A stretch of DNA of 64,000 nucleotides, taken from positions 1,831-65,830 of the forward strand of contig JAAYQN010000007.1 of NCBI GenBank assembly GCA_012519285.1, read 5' to 3'. Origin of the DNA: Clostridiales bacterium. Its GTDB lineage: Bacteria; Bacillota; Clostridia; Christensenellales; HGM11417. Each line of letters opens with the position of its first letter. Within the stretch, counting starts at the first letter, position 1. The notes beneath the pieces were generated by a model. It had not been told where the DNA came from. It made no database searches and saw nothing but the letters and a program-made list of their open reading frames with translations. A program made the translations under genes and the position numbers. Shown piece by piece: positions 8,624 through 18,442 of the stretch.

Positions 8624-9862
8624 ATGGATTTAAAATCGCTTTGCGAGCGGGCGAGGCGCTCGAGGACAGCGCTTTCGGTAATGCCCGCCCAAGAGAAAAA
8701 CCGAATGCTCGAGATAATGGCGAACGCCCTTTTAAAAGAGAGCGCCAGGATACTTGAGGCAAACAGGGTGGACGTCGAGCAGGTAGAGGGCAAGCCCGCC
8801 CACTTCATAGACAGGCTGACGCTAAACGAGAAGAGGATTGTCACTATGGCGGACGGCCTGAGGGAGCTGATTAAACTGCCCGACCCCGTGGGCGAGGTCA
8901 TCGAGAGCTGGCAAAACTACCGCGGGCTTGAGATAAAGAAGGTGAGGGTCCCCCTCGGCACGATTGGCATAATTTACGAGGCGAGGCCCAACGTAACCGC
9001 TGACGCCATCGGTCTGTGCGTAAAGAGCGGCAATGCCGTTATCCTGCGCGGCAGCAAGGACGCTATAAACAGCAACAAGGCGATAGTAAAGGCCGTTTCC
9101 GACGCCCTCGAGCGGGAGGGCTTTGACAGCGGCTGCATCGGCCTGGTTGAAGACACCTCGAGAGAGAGCGCGGGCGAGATGATGCGCGCCGTGGGACTGA
9201 TAGACGTCCTCATCCCTCGCGGCGGCAAGGGGCTGATCGAGACCGTGGTCAAAAACTCGCAGGTCCCCGTGATCGAGACGGGAGCGGGCAACTGCCACGT
9301 ATACGTGGAAAGAAGCGCCGACCTCGACATGGCGGAAAAGATTATATTAAACGCCAAGCTCAGCAGACCCTCGGTGTGCAACGCCGCGGAGAGCCTGCTG
9401 GTCGACGAGGCAATCGCGGGCGTGTTCCTTCCCCGCATTCTCTCAAAGCTCGCCGAAAAGGGCGTGGAAATAAGGGGCTGCGAGAGGACGAGGGCGATAT
9501 TCCCGCAGGCGTTCGAGGCCGCCGAGGAGGACATGTACGCCGAGTACAACGATCTGATAATCTCGGTAAAGATGGTGAGCGGCGTGGAACAGGCAATCGC
9601 CCATATAGAAAAATATTCCACCCATCACTCAGACGCCATCGTCTCTTCTTCGGAGGAGGCTATAGAGAAATTCTTCGCCGGGGTGGACTCCGCCGCCGTA
9701 TACGCCAACGCCAGCACGAGGTTTACCGACGGTTTTGAGTTCGGCTTCGGCGCCGAGATGGGCATAAGCACGCAAAAGCTGCACGCAAGGGGCCCCATGG
9801 GCCTTAGGGAACTCACATCCTACAAATACATCGTGCGCGGAAGCGGCCAGACGCGCGGATAA
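8624..9862 (+). CDS. proA: glutamate-5-semialdehyde dehydrogenase (gamma-glutamyl phosphate reductase)
   Basis: From ATG 8624 (GGAGGGAGG upstream). Typical ProA motifs are IYEARPNVT, VILRGSK and ETGAGNCH..CNAAESLLV. The 74 codons upstream in the track overlap yebC and are Arg/Gly junk. Confidence 0.92.
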   Translation: MDLKSLCERARRSRTALSVMPAQEKNRMLEIMANALLKESARILEANRVDVEQVEGKPAHFIDRLTLNEKRIVTMADGLRELIKLPDPVGEVIESWQNYRGLEIKKVRVPLGTIGIIYEARPNVTADAIGLCVKSGNAVILRGSKDAINSNKAIVKAVSDALEREGFDSGCIGLVEDTSRESAGEMMRAVGLIDVLIPRGGKGLIETVVKNSQVPVIETGAGNCHVYVERSADLDMAEKIILNAKLSRPSVCNAAESLLVDEAIAGVFLPRILSKLAEKGVEIRGCERTRAIFPQAFEAAEEDMYAEYNDLIISVKMVSGVEQAIAHIEKYSTHHSDAIVSSSEEAIEKFFAGVDSAAVYANASTRFTDGFEFGFGAEMGISTQKLHARGPMGLRELTSYKYIVRGSGQTRG

Positions 9863-9874
9863 AGGCTTGACGAA

Positions 9875-11566
9875 ATGGACTACAGAGAGATTATCTCAAA
9901 ACTCGTAAAAATAGAGGGCTTGAGCGAAGAGGAAATCTACGGCCTCGTGGCAATCCCGCCCGAAAGGGACAAGGGGGATTATTGCCTTCCCTGCTTTAAG
10001 CTGGCAAAGCTGCTTAAAAAGCCGCCTCAGGTTATCGCAGCCGAGCTTGCGGAGGGCTTAGAGCTTCCCCCCGCATTCTCAAAGGCGGAGGCGGTGGGAG
10101 GCTACCTCAACTTTTTCCTCATTAAGGAGCTCTTTATAAGGGACACCCTCGAAGAGATACTGTCAGCAGAGGAGTATGGCAGGAGCGGCGAGGGCGCCGG
10201 CAGGGTGGTGTGCATCGATTACTCTTCCATCAACATCGCAAAGCCCTTCCACATCGGCCACCTTTCCACCACCGTAATAGGCGCGGCGCTGTACAGGATA
10301 TATAACTACCTCGGCTACAGGGCGATAGGCATAAACCACCTCGGCGATTGGGGAACGCAATTTGGCAAGCTCATCTCCGCCTACAAGCGGTGGAGCTGCC
10401 GAATGCAGATAGAAGAGGGCGGCATAAAGGAGATGCTGCGCATTTACGTCAAGTTTCATGAGGAAGCGGAAAAGAACCCCTCCCTCGAGGACGAGGCGCG
10501 GATGTATTTTAAACAGATAGAGGACGGCGACCCCGAGGCGCTCGAAATCTTCAACCTCTTCAAGGAGATGACCTTGAAGGAGGTCGGGAAAGTGTATGAA
10601 AGGCTTAATGTGCATTTTGACTCCTACCATGGCGAGAGCTTTTTCAACGACAAGATGGAGCCCGTCATCGCCGAGCTAAAGGAAAAAAACCTCTTAAAGG
10701 AGAGCGAGGGAGCTCTCGTCGTAGACCTCGAGCCCTACGGCATGTCCCCCTGCCTGATACTGAAAAAGGATGGCGCCTCGCTGTACGCCACGAGGGACAT
10801 AGCGGCGGCTTTTTACAGGAAGAAGACTTACGACTTCTACAAATGCCTTTACGTCGTGGCATACCAGCAGAACCTTCACTTTAGGCAGGTGTTCAAGGTG
10901 ATAGAGATGATGGGCTACGAGTGGGCGAAGGACCTCGAGCACGTCGCCTTCGGCATGGTCTCCCTCGAGGAAGGCGGCTCGATGTCCACCAGAAAGGGCA
11001 AGGTGGTCTTTCTGGAGGACGTCCTGAACAGGTGCGTCGAAAAGTCCCTCGAGATTATCTCCGAAAAAAGCCCCGGTCTCGAGGACAAAGAAAAAATCGC
11101 CGAGATGGTGGGCACCGGCGCGGTGATATTCTCTGCGCTTGCCAACAACAGGATAAAGGACATTGTGTTCAGCTACGACAGGGTGCTCAACTTTGACGGC
11201 GAGACGGGGCCGTATATTCAGTACACCTGCGTGCGGGCAAACAGCGCCATCGAGAAGGCGGGATATGTCCCCCACCATAGCTCGATAGGCTTCGAGGGGC
11301 TTTGCGACATCGAATGCGAGCTGGTTTCTTTGCTGTTTAAGTTCAAGGACGTATTGAGGGACGTCATGACAAAGAACGAGCCCTCGCTCCTTTCCAGGCT
11401 GCTCGTGGACATTGCCCAGTGCTTCAACAAATTCTACTTCGAGTGCAAGATACTCGCCGACGAGCCGGGCGTAAGGGACAGGAGGGTTGCAATAACCGCC
11501 GCCACTTACAGGGTGCTTAAGGTCGGCCTCGAGCTTTTAGGCATAAAGGTTCCCGAAAAGATGTAG
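9875..11566 (+). CDS. argS: arginine--tRNA ligase
   Basis: 563 aa. HIGH-type motif (PFHIGHL), an MSTRKG (KMSKS-like) motif and a DALR anticodon-binding tail. Confidence 0.93.
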   Translation: MDYREIISKLVKIEGLSEEEIYGLVAIPPERDKGDYCLPCFKLAKLLKKPPQVIAAELAEGLELPPAFSKAEAVGGYLNFFLIKELFIRDTLEEILSAEEYGRSGEGAGRVVCIDYSSINIAKPFHIGHLSTTVIGAALYRIYNYLGYRAIGINHLGDWGTQFGKLISAYKRWSCRMQIEEGGIKEMLRIYVKFHEEAEKNPSLEDEARMYFKQIEDGDPEALEIFNLFKEMTLKEVGKVYERLNVHFDSYHGESFFNDKMEPVIAELKEKNLLKESEGALVVDLEPYGMSPCLILKKDGASLYATRDIAAAFYRKKTYDFYKCLYVVAYQQNLHFRQVFKVIEMMGYEWAKDLEHVAFGMVSLEEGGSMSTRKGKVVFLEDVLNRCVEKSLEIISEKSPGLEDKEKIAEMVGTGAVIFSALANNRIKDIVFSYDRVLNFDGETGPYIQYTCVRANSAIEKAGYVPHHSSIGFEGLCDIECELVSLLFKFKDVLRDVMTKNEPSLLSRLLVDIAQCFNKFYFECKILADEPGVRDRRVAITAATYRVLKVGLELLGIKVPEKM

Positions 11567-11767
11567 AAATAACGGGCCGTGGATGCGGCCCTTTACCTTC
11601 TTTGACGCCTTTTAAAAAATTTTCGGCGCTTTTTTTGTTATTTTTATTGAAAATTTTGTAAAAAATAAAGGAAATTGCGTTTTGGCGGCGAATATAATCA
11701 TGCGTGATCATATATGGGAGCCGCCGCATTGGTGAGCACGCCTATTATATAAGGAGGCGTCTTAGCT

Positions 11768-12769
11768 TTGAGGGAGCTTACCTACGAAAAAGAAGAGAAA
11801 TACTTAAGCCACTACGCCGCCAGGTCTAAAGACACAAAGGGCAGGGTCAGGCCTGAGGAGCCTTGCCCCATGCGCACCGACTACCAGCGCGACAGGGACA
11901 GGATCATCCACAGCAAGGCCTTCCGCAGGCTCAAGAACAAGACGCAGGTGTTTCTCTCGCCGGAGGGCGACCATTATCGCACCCGCCTCACGCATACTCT
12001 CGACGTGTCGCAGATAGCAAGGAGCATAGCGAGAAGCCTAATGCTCAACGAGGACCTCACCGAGGCAATCGCGCTGGGCCACGACCTCGGGCACACCCCC
12101 TTCGGACACGCGGGCGAGAAGACGCTTTCCAGGATGACCGACGGGCAGTTTGAGCACAGCAGGCAGTCCCGTAGGGTGGTCGAGATACTCGAAAACGAGG
12201 GGCGGGGGCTCAACCTCACCCTCGAGGTGCGCGACGGCATAGAGAACCATCAACTCGAGGGCAGGCCCATGACCCTCGAGGGCAGGGTGGTGTGCCTCGC
12301 CGACAAGATCGCCTATATAAACCACGACATAGACGACGCGCTGAGGGCGGGGATTTTAAGGGAAGAGGAGCTTCCCAAAGAATCCATTGCTTTACTTGGC
12401 AGGACGAGCAGGGAGAGGATAAACGCCATGATCCTTTCCATTTACAACAAGAGCTTCGGCAAAAACTTGGTAGACATGGAGGACGACGTCAAGCAGGCAA
12501 CGCTTAGCTTGCGCAGTTTTCTGTATGAAAGGGTTTACAGGGACAACGACGCCAAGACCGAAGAGGTAAAGGCGGACAGGATGCTCGAGGCAATGTTTGG
12601 CTTTTACTTAAAACATGAAGAGGAGCTGCCTCCCTTTTACAGGGAGCTTCGCCAGAGGTTCGGCCTAAAGCAAGCGATATGCGATTACATCGCTTCGATG
12701 TCGGACAAGTACGCGGTGTACGCCTTCAGCAGGCTCTTCATCCCCTCGAGCTGGAAGCTTGACAATTAG
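11768..12769 (+). CDS. dgt: dGTP triphosphohydrolase-like HD-domain protein
   Basis: TTG start 9 nt after AAGGAGG. Motifs RDRDRIIHSKAFRRLKNKTQVF, RLTHTLDVSQIARSIA and LGHDLGHTPFGHAGE are typical of the Dgt family. It lies upstream of dnaG as in many Firmicutes. Confidence 0.85.
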   Translation: MRELTYEKEEKYLSHYAARSKDTKGRVRPEEPCPMRTDYQRDRDRIIHSKAFRRLKNKTQVFLSPEGDHYRTRLTHTLDVSQIARSIARSLMLNEDLTEAIALGHDLGHTPFGHAGEKTLSRMTDGQFEHSRQSRRVVEILENEGRGLNLTLEVRDGIENHQLEGRPMTLEGRVVCLADKIAYINHDIDDALRAGILREEELPKESIALLGRTSRERINAMILSIYNKSFGKNLVDMEDDVKQATLSLRSFLYERVYRDNDAKTEEVKADRMLEAMFGFYLKHEEELPPFYRELRQRFGLKQAICDYIASMSDKYAVYAFSRLFIPSSWKLDN

Positions 12770-12777
12770 GAGAAGCA

Positions 12778-14568
12778 ATGGACTTTCCCCGCTTTATAGA
12801 ACAACTCAAGGACAAAAACGACATCGTGGACGTCGTCTCAAAGTATGTCTCGCTCGAGAGGAAGGGAAACAGGTTTTGGGGAAAGTGCCCCTTCCACCAC
12901 GACAAGACGCCTTCCTTTGCCGTAAACGTCGACGGGCAGTTTTACCATTGTTTCGGCTGCGGCGCCAGCGGCGACGTCATCAAGTTCCTGCGAGAAATGG
13001 AGTCCTTGGACTTCATGGAGGCGGTGGAACTGCTGTGCAAAAGAGCCGGCATGAAGCTTCCCCAACACATCTCGGGAAAAGACGCCGACGAGGCGCAAAA
13101 GTTAAAGAAGAGAAGGGACAGGCTCTACGCCCTGCTGAAGGACGCGGCAAAGTTTTATCACGCCTGCCTCAAATCAAAGGGGCAAAAGGTCGTAGAATAT
13201 TTACACGGCAGGGGTATCTCTGGCAGCTACATAGTAAAGTTCGGCCTGGGCTACTCTCCCGATGCCCATTCGCTGATAGATTACCTTGCCAAAGCGGGCT
13301 ATACGGGCGAGGAAATGGCGGCGGCGGGCGTCGCCGCCTATAGGGAAAGCAGGCCCGCAGACCCGCTGGCGGGAAGATTGATTATCCCCATCATCACAGC
13401 CATGGGGGACGTGGTGGCGTTCGGCGGCAGGGACATGAGGGGGACAAGCCCCGCCAAATACAAAAACACCGCCGAGAGCGAGGTGTTTACCAAGAGCAGA
13501 CACCTTTTCGGCCTAAACCTCGCAAAGAAGTTCCGCCCGCCAGACGGCGGCAGAAAGCTCATAATAGTAGAAGGCTACATGGACGCCATCGCCCTTCACC
13601 AGGCGGGCTTCGGCAACGCCGTGGCTAACATGGGCACATCGCTTACGAGGGACCAGGCCAAGCTGATAAAAAGGTACTGCGACGACGTATATATATGTTA
13701 CGACGGCGACACAGCGGGACAAGCCGCCACGCTGAGGGGCCTTGACATATTAAGGCAGGCGGGCCTCGGCGTAAAGGTGGTCTCCATGCCGGCCGACACC
13801 GACCCCGACGAATACATAAGGAAAGAGGGAGTCCCAAGCTTTGAAAAGCTCGTGGAGCAGGCGCTGCCCCTTCCCGACTTCAAGATAAGGGCGCTGTCGA
13901 AAAATTACAACTTAGGCAGCGCCGACGGTAAGAGAAAGTACACCCAAAAGGCGCTTGAGGTCATCGCTGCCGAGGACAACGCGAGCGTAAGGGAAGAGCT
14001 TTTAAAGCAGCTCAGGGACCTTACCGGCATCAGCTACGACAGCTTAAAGAGAGACCTCGAGGGCCTGCAAAAATCCCCGCCCGGCCAATTGCCTTTCCCC
14101 GAGCCCGCGGGCGCCCCCGCCCCAATGAACGTCAAGGCGGCGAGGTTCATGCTCTGCTGCATGCTCTCGGAAGAGGAATACGCCACCGACTACGATCTGC
14201 TCGAGCGGTCGCTCGCCGAGCCCGCCCATATAAAGGTTTTGGGCTACATAAAGGAGTGCAGGAGAGAGGGGCGGCGGCCGAGAAAGTCCGCGGTGTACGA
14301 GATAAGCGACGACGAGGCGGAAAACCTCGCCATCTTAGAGTGCGGCGAGGCCATGACCGAGGCGGAAAAGAGGGCGTATTACGCGGATTGCCTCAAGTTT
14401 TTCCGCCTTGCCGAGCTTGAGGAAAAGCTTAAAATAGTTACGGCTGAGTTTGAGCGGGAGCAGGACAACTTAAGGAGAAAGGACTTGGTTTTCCGCATAC
14501 AGGAGATAAACTCCGAGATAAAAAAAATAAAAAGAGCAATGATAGATAAAAATGCGGAAAAGCATTAA
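12778..14568 (+). CDS. dnaG: DNA primase
   Basis: Zn-ribbon [30 protein letters not shown], a TOPRIM region ([23 protein letters not shown]), 596 aa. Confidence 0.93.
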   Translation: MDFPRFIEQLKDKNDIVDVVSKYVSLERKGNRFWGKCPFHHDKTPSFAVNVDGQFYHCFGCGASGDVIKFLREMESLDFMEAVELLCKRAGMKLPQHISGKDADEAQKLKKRRDRLYALLKDAAKFYHACLKSKGQKVVEYLHGRGISGSYIVKFGLGYSPDAHSLIDYLAKAGYTGEEMAAAGVAAYRESRPADPLAGRLIIPIITAMGDVVAFGGRDMRGTSPAKYKNTAESEVFTKSRHLFGLNLAKKFRPPDGGRKLIIVEGYMDAIALHQAGFGNAVANMGTSLTRDQAKLIKRYCDDVYICYDGDTAGQAATLRGLDILRQAGLGVKVVSMPADTDPDEYIRKEGVPSFEKLVEQALPLPDFKIRALSKNYNLGSADGKRKYTQKALEVIAAEDNASVREELLKQLRDLTGISYDSLKRDLEGLQKSPPGQLPFPEPAGAPAPMNVKAARFMLCCMLSEEEYATDYDLLERSLAEPAHIKVLGYIKECRREGRRPRKSAVYEISDDEAENLAILECGEAMTEAEKRAYYADCLKFFRLAELEEKLKIVTAEFEREQDNLRRKDLVFRIQEINSEIKKIKRAMIDKNAEKH

Positions 14569-14600
14569 AATATTACTGTAAAACAAAGGAAGGGATGGAC

Positions 14601-15665
14601 ATGCAGCTTAGCGATCAACAATTTAAGGAATTGCTTGACTCTCTCGTCACCTATGGAAGGGAGAAGGGCGGCTACATTACCAGCGACGAGCTGTGCGCGA
14701 GGCTGGAGAAGATCGACGCCACGCCGGAGCAGTTTGACGAGGTTTACAGGCACCTCGAGGGCAATAGCATTTCCATAGTGAACGACATCAACCTCGAGAG
14801 CGACAAGGATTATATCGAAAAAATAATAGACGACGTGGTGCTGGACGACCCTGTCAAGATGTACTTAAAAGACATCGGCAGGGTGCCGCTGCTCGACCCC
14901 GAAGAGGAGGTAAGGCTTGCCGAAGCCATGATTAAGGGAGATGAGGAAGCCAAGAAAAAGCTCTCCGAAGCAAACCTTAGGCTGGTGGTGTCCATCGCCA
15001 AGAGGTACGTGGGAAGGGGCATGCTTTTTTTGGACCTCATTCAGGAGGGCAACCTCGGCCTGATGAAGGCAGTGGAGAAATTCGATCCCACCAAGGGATT
15101 TAAGTTTTCGACGTACGCCACCTGGTGGATAAGGCAGGCGATAACGAGGGCAATCGCCGACCAGGCGCGCACGATAAGGATACCCGTCCACATGGTTGAG
15201 ACCATAAACAAGCAGATAAGGATTTCCAGGATGCTGCTTCAGAAGCTCGGAAGGGAGCCCACTCCCGAGGAAATCGCCGATTGGATGGGCGTTTCAGAGC
15301 AGCGTGTGCGCGAGATACAGAAAATCGCGCAGGATCCCGTATCCCTCGAGACCCCCATCGGGGAAGAGGACGACAGCCACCTCGCCGACTTTATCGAGGA
15401 CGACCACGCCTCCGCCCCCAGCGATGTCGCCGCATTTACCATGCTCAAGGAGCAGCTAATCGGCGTGCTCGACACCCTCACCCCGCGCGAAGAGAAGGTG
15501 CTGCGCCTGCGCTACGGCATCGACGACGGCAGGCCGAGGACGCTGGAGGAAGTGGGAAAGGAGTTCAACGTCACCAGGGAGCGGATAAGGCAGATAGAGG
15601 CAAAGGCTTTAAGGAAGCTGCGCCATCCCAGCCGCAGCAAAAAGCTGAGGGATTTTCTCGAGTGA
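14601..15665 (+). CDS. sigA: RNA polymerase primary sigma factor
   Basis: Regions 2-4 are conserved ([44 protein letters not shown]). AAGGAAGG ends 6 nt before ATG 14601. ATG 14595 is an alternative start. Confidence 0.93.
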   Translation: MQLSDQQFKELLDSLVTYGREKGGYITSDELCARLEKIDATPEQFDEVYRHLEGNSISIVNDINLESDKDYIEKIIDDVVLDDPVKMYLKDIGRVPLLDPEEEVRLAEAMIKGDEEAKKKLSEANLRLVVSIAKRYVGRGMLFLDLIQEGNLGLMKAVEKFDPTKGFKFSTYATWWIRQAITRAIADQARTIRIPVHMVETINKQIRISRMLLQKLGREPTPEEIADWMGVSEQRVREIQKIAQDPVSLETPIGEEDDSHLADFIEDDHASAPSDVAAFTMLKEQLIGVLDTLTPREEKVLRLRYGIDDGRPRTLEEVGKEFNVTRERIRQIEAKALRKLRHPSRSKKLRDFLE

Positions 15666-16324
15666 TAAAGCTCGACGAGAGGCTGAAGGCGGTGGCGGAG
15701 AGCGTGCCTTATTGCGGCACGGTGGCAGACATCGGCACCGATCACGGTCTCTTGCCATGTTTTCTGCTTCTCGAGGGCAGGGCGGAAAGGACCGTCATCT
15801 CTGACATCAGCCAAAAGAGCCTTGAAAAGGCAAAGAGGCGGGCAAATTCCCTTGGGTTTTTTGGCAAGGCGGCGTTTTATTGCACCGAAGGCTTTCTTGG
15901 CATCGGGGAAAAGATAGACTGCGCGGTGGTGGCGGGAATGGGCGCGATGGAGATGATATCCATCCTGCGCGGGGCGCCACCTGAGGTAGGCTTTTTTGTG
16001 CTTCAGCCCATGAAGAACGCGCCACGGCTGAGGAAATTCCTCGCCGAAAACGGCTTTTTCATAGAGAGCGACAGAAAAATCCATTGCAAGGGCAAGTTTT
16101 ACGATATAATATGCGCGAGGAGAGGGCAAGACAGCCTGACAAAAGAGGAGCTGCTTTTCGGCCGCACCAACCTTAAAGAGAGGGGAAAGGCCTTTTTAGC
16201 TTACCTCGAGCGCGAGAGGGAAAAGGCGTTTAGTATATTGAAGAGGATAGGGAAAGCCGATTTAAGGCGCAGGCAGCTGGAGGAGGGACTGGAGCTGATA
16301 GATGGCATTTTAAACAGCGATTGA
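15662..16324 (+). CDS. trmK: tRNA (adenine22-N1)-methyltransferase TrmK-like
   Basis: GTG start overlaps the sigA stop (GTGA). Begins [32 protein letters not shown], the TrmK/YqfN signature, and occupies the position of yqfN after sigA. The upstream 127 codons of the track ORF overlap sigA. Confidence 0.75.
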   Translation: MIKLDERLKAVAESVPYCGTVADIGTDHGLLPCFLLLEGRAERTVISDISQKSLEKAKRRANSLGFFGKAAFYCTEGFLGIGEKIDCAVVAGMGAMEMISILRGAPPEVGFFVLQPMKNAPRLRKFLAENGFFIESDRKIHCKGKFYDIICARRGQDSLTKEELLFGRTNLKERGKAFLAYLEREREKAFSILKRIGKADLRRRQLEEGLELIDGILNSD

Positions 16325-16340
16325 ATTGGGAGGCGTTTTT

Positions 16341-17162
16341 ATGGCCACCGTAAGGGACGTGATATCCATAGTGGAGGAGATAGCGCCGCTGGAACTCGGC
16401 AAAAGCTATTGCGAAAGGTACGGGGCGCGCGACAACAGCGGGCTTCTGCTCGGCGACGAGGCAAAGCCGGCTTTTTCGGTCCTGGTGTGCCTCGACGTAA
16501 CTTCAGAGGTGGCGGCGGAGGCTGAGGACGCGAACGCCGACATGATAATCTCACACCATCCCCTCATCTTCGACGGGATAAAGAGCGTCACCAAATCCTC
16601 GCCGCTGGGGCGCACACTGTACAGGCTTATAAAGAGCGACATCGCCGTCTACTGCGCCCATCTCAATTTCGACGTCGCCCCCAACGGCGTGGCGAAGATA
16701 CTTTCCGACAAGCTGGACCTTGCCCAGTGCAAGGCCATACTTTCCGTCGGCGAGGACGCGGGACTGGGGCGGATAGGAAGGCTTTCCTCGCCCATGCCTC
16801 TTCGGGAGTTTTACGACCTCGTCGTTGAGGTGCTCGGCGACAGCAGCGCCAAGCTCTGCGGCGACTTTTACAGGCAGGTTTCCACCGTTGCGGTGGCGCC
16901 CGGAAGCTGCGGTGGCGACATGTCGCTGCTCGAGGCGGTGTACGAGATGGGCGCCGACGTGCTGGTCACCGGCGAGATAAAGCACCACGTGGCGCTCGCG
17001 GCAAAAGAGCTCGATGTTGCCCTAATCGACGGCGGCCACCACTCCACTGAATACCCCGCCATCCGCGTTCTGGTCGACATGCTTTCCGAATACGCCGAAA
17101 AGAGCGGCCTTGACATAGAATTTGCCGAAAGCCAGACAATGACCAATCCTTTCGGATGGTAA
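16341..17162 (+). CDS. Nif3-like dinuclear metal centre protein (YqfO family)
   Basis: From ATG 16341 (GGGAGG upstream). The motifs ISHHPLIF, HLNFD and a C-terminal GGHHSTE are typical of NIF3/YqfO. It follows trmK as in Bacillus. Confidence 0.85.
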   Translation: MATVRDVISIVEEIAPLELGKSYCERYGARDNSGLLLGDEAKPAFSVLVCLDVTSEVAAEAEDANADMIISHHPLIFDGIKSVTKSSPLGRTLYRLIKSDIAVYCAHLNFDVAPNGVAKILSDKLDLAQCKAILSVGEDAGLGRIGRLSSPMPLREFYDLVVEVLGDSSAKLCGDFYRQVSTVAVAPGSCGGDMSLLEAVYEMGADVLVTGEIKHHVALAAKELDVALIDGGHHSTEYPAIRVLVDMLSEYAEKSGLDIEFAESQTMTNPFGW

Positions 17163-17227
17163 GGTTTTTTTGATATAACCATTCAAGGCATCGGCCTTGA
17201 ATGAATACTTACGCTTTTGGAGGTATT

Positions 17228-17926
17228 ATGTTGCAAAACATTCTCGCTTATCAGGAGATCGACAAGGACCTGATAAAGGTCGAAAACCTGCTCGTTTCTT
17301 CCGAGGAGAGAAAGATAGCGAGCAGGGCAAAGAGTTTTTTGGAAGAATCCGCGAAAAACGTCGCGCGCATGGAAAAGCGCGCCGAGGAACTTTTGAGTTT
17401 GTACAACGACGCCAAGAGGTCGTATGACGAAAATGCGCAGCTCATCCACGAGTACGACGCCCTCGTCCCCACCTTAAAGAGCGGCGACGAGGCGACATAC
17501 CTCATCAAGAAGGTCAACCAAGCGCTCGACGACATCAAGGCGCTGGAAAAGGAGCTTGCCTCCATATCAAAGGACATGGAGGACCTCGCAAAGTCCTTCA
17601 ACGAGTTCCGCGCAAAATACAACGCCGCGGGTAAGGAATTTTTGGAAAACAGGGAAAAATACGAAAAGCTCAAGCAGGAATACGCCCCCGTCGTCAAAGA
17701 ACTTAAGGCCAAGCTGGAGGAACAGGCCAAAAAGATCGATCCCGCTATTTTGGAGAAGTACAAAAAGAGAAGAGCGGACAGGATTTTCCCCGTGCTGGTC
17801 GAGGCGAGGGGCAACAAGTGCGGCGGCTGCAGCATGGAGATTTCCTTAAAGGAAATGGACAAATTGAGGAGCAAAAAGATTATTGAATGCGAAAATTGCC
17901 ACAGATTTATATATTATCGCGAATAA
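17228..17926 (+). CDS. COG1579-type coiled-coil / C4 zinc-ribbon protein
   Basis: From ATG 17228 (GGAGG at 17219-17223). A long coiled coil precedes a C-terminal CGGC...CENC zinc ribbon. This is the classic partner gene downstream of Nif3. Confidence 0.7.
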   Translation: MLQNILAYQEIDKDLIKVENLLVSSEERKIASRAKSFLEESAKNVARMEKRAEELLSLYNDAKRSYDENAQLIHEYDALVPTLKSGDEATYLIKKVNQALDDIKALEKELASISKDMEDLAKSFNEFRAKYNAAGKEFLENREKYEKLKQEYAPVVKELKAKLEEQAKKIDPAILEKYKKRRADRIFPVLVEARGNKCGGCSMEISLKEMDKLRSKKIIECENCHRFIYYRE

Positions 17927-17930
17927 ATAG

Positions 17931-17959
17931 TTGCAAATTTATCTGTCTTATGCTATATT
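17931..17959 (+). promoter_or_regulatory. sigma-A-type promoter upstream of secG
   Basis: TTGCAA (17931-17936), 17-nt spacer, TATATT (17954-17959). Confidence 0.6.
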
Positions 17960-17995
17960 ATATAACACGCGTGATTTTCCGCTCGGGAGGTAGGG

Positions 17996-18319
17996 ATGGT
18001 CGCCAGTTTGTTGATGATGATGCACAACATGATGATGTTCGCCGAGGACGAGGCGGTATCTCCGGCATATCAGGCGATAAGGATTATGCTTTTCATACTC
18101 GTGATGATGTGTTCGGTGTACCTGATCGTGGTCGTTCTTTTACAACCTGGCAATTCATCCGGCCTTGGGGCATCGTTCGGCGGAGGGACGGAGACCTTTT
18201 TCAGCAAGAACAAGGGCAGGACAATCGAGAGCAAGAGGAGGAGGCGCACGGTGGGAGTATCGATAATACTCGCGGTTTTCCTGATAGCCTTAGCGGTGGT
18301 CAACATCGTTCCGTTCTGA
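17996..18319 (+). CDS. secG: preprotein translocase subunit SecG (with N-terminal extension)
   Basis: Core sequence VVVLLQPGNSSGLGASFGGGTETFFSK plus a second TM segment is typical SecG. ATG 17996 has GGGAGG 5 nt upstream. An internal ATG at 18086 would give a canonical-length protein but has poor RBS spacing. Confidence 0.75.
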   Translation: MVASLLMMMHNMMMFAEDEAVSPAYQAIRIMLFILVMMCSVYLIVVVLLQPGNSSGLGASFGGGTETFFSKNKGRTIESKRRRRTVGVSIILAVFLIALAVVNIVPF

Positions 18320-18351
18320 TTGAGCGAAAAACAGCATAAATTGGAAAGGTC

Positions 18352-18385
18352 GGCTCTTAAAAAATTTAAGAGCCTTTTGTTTTAT
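18352..18385 (+). terminator. rho-independent terminator after secG
   Basis: GGCTCTTAAA / TTTAAGAGCC stem followed by TTTTGTTTT. Confidence 0.8.
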
Positions 18386-18442
18386 ATTAATAAAGACAGT
18401 AATAAATTAAAGTGCCGCACGGCGGCGAGAGAAAGCTAAGAA

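Noticed and set aside
15281-15661. 127-codon N-terminal extension of the trmK ORF
   Set aside because: It overlaps sigA in another frame. The TrmK-like sequence begins only at GTG 15662.
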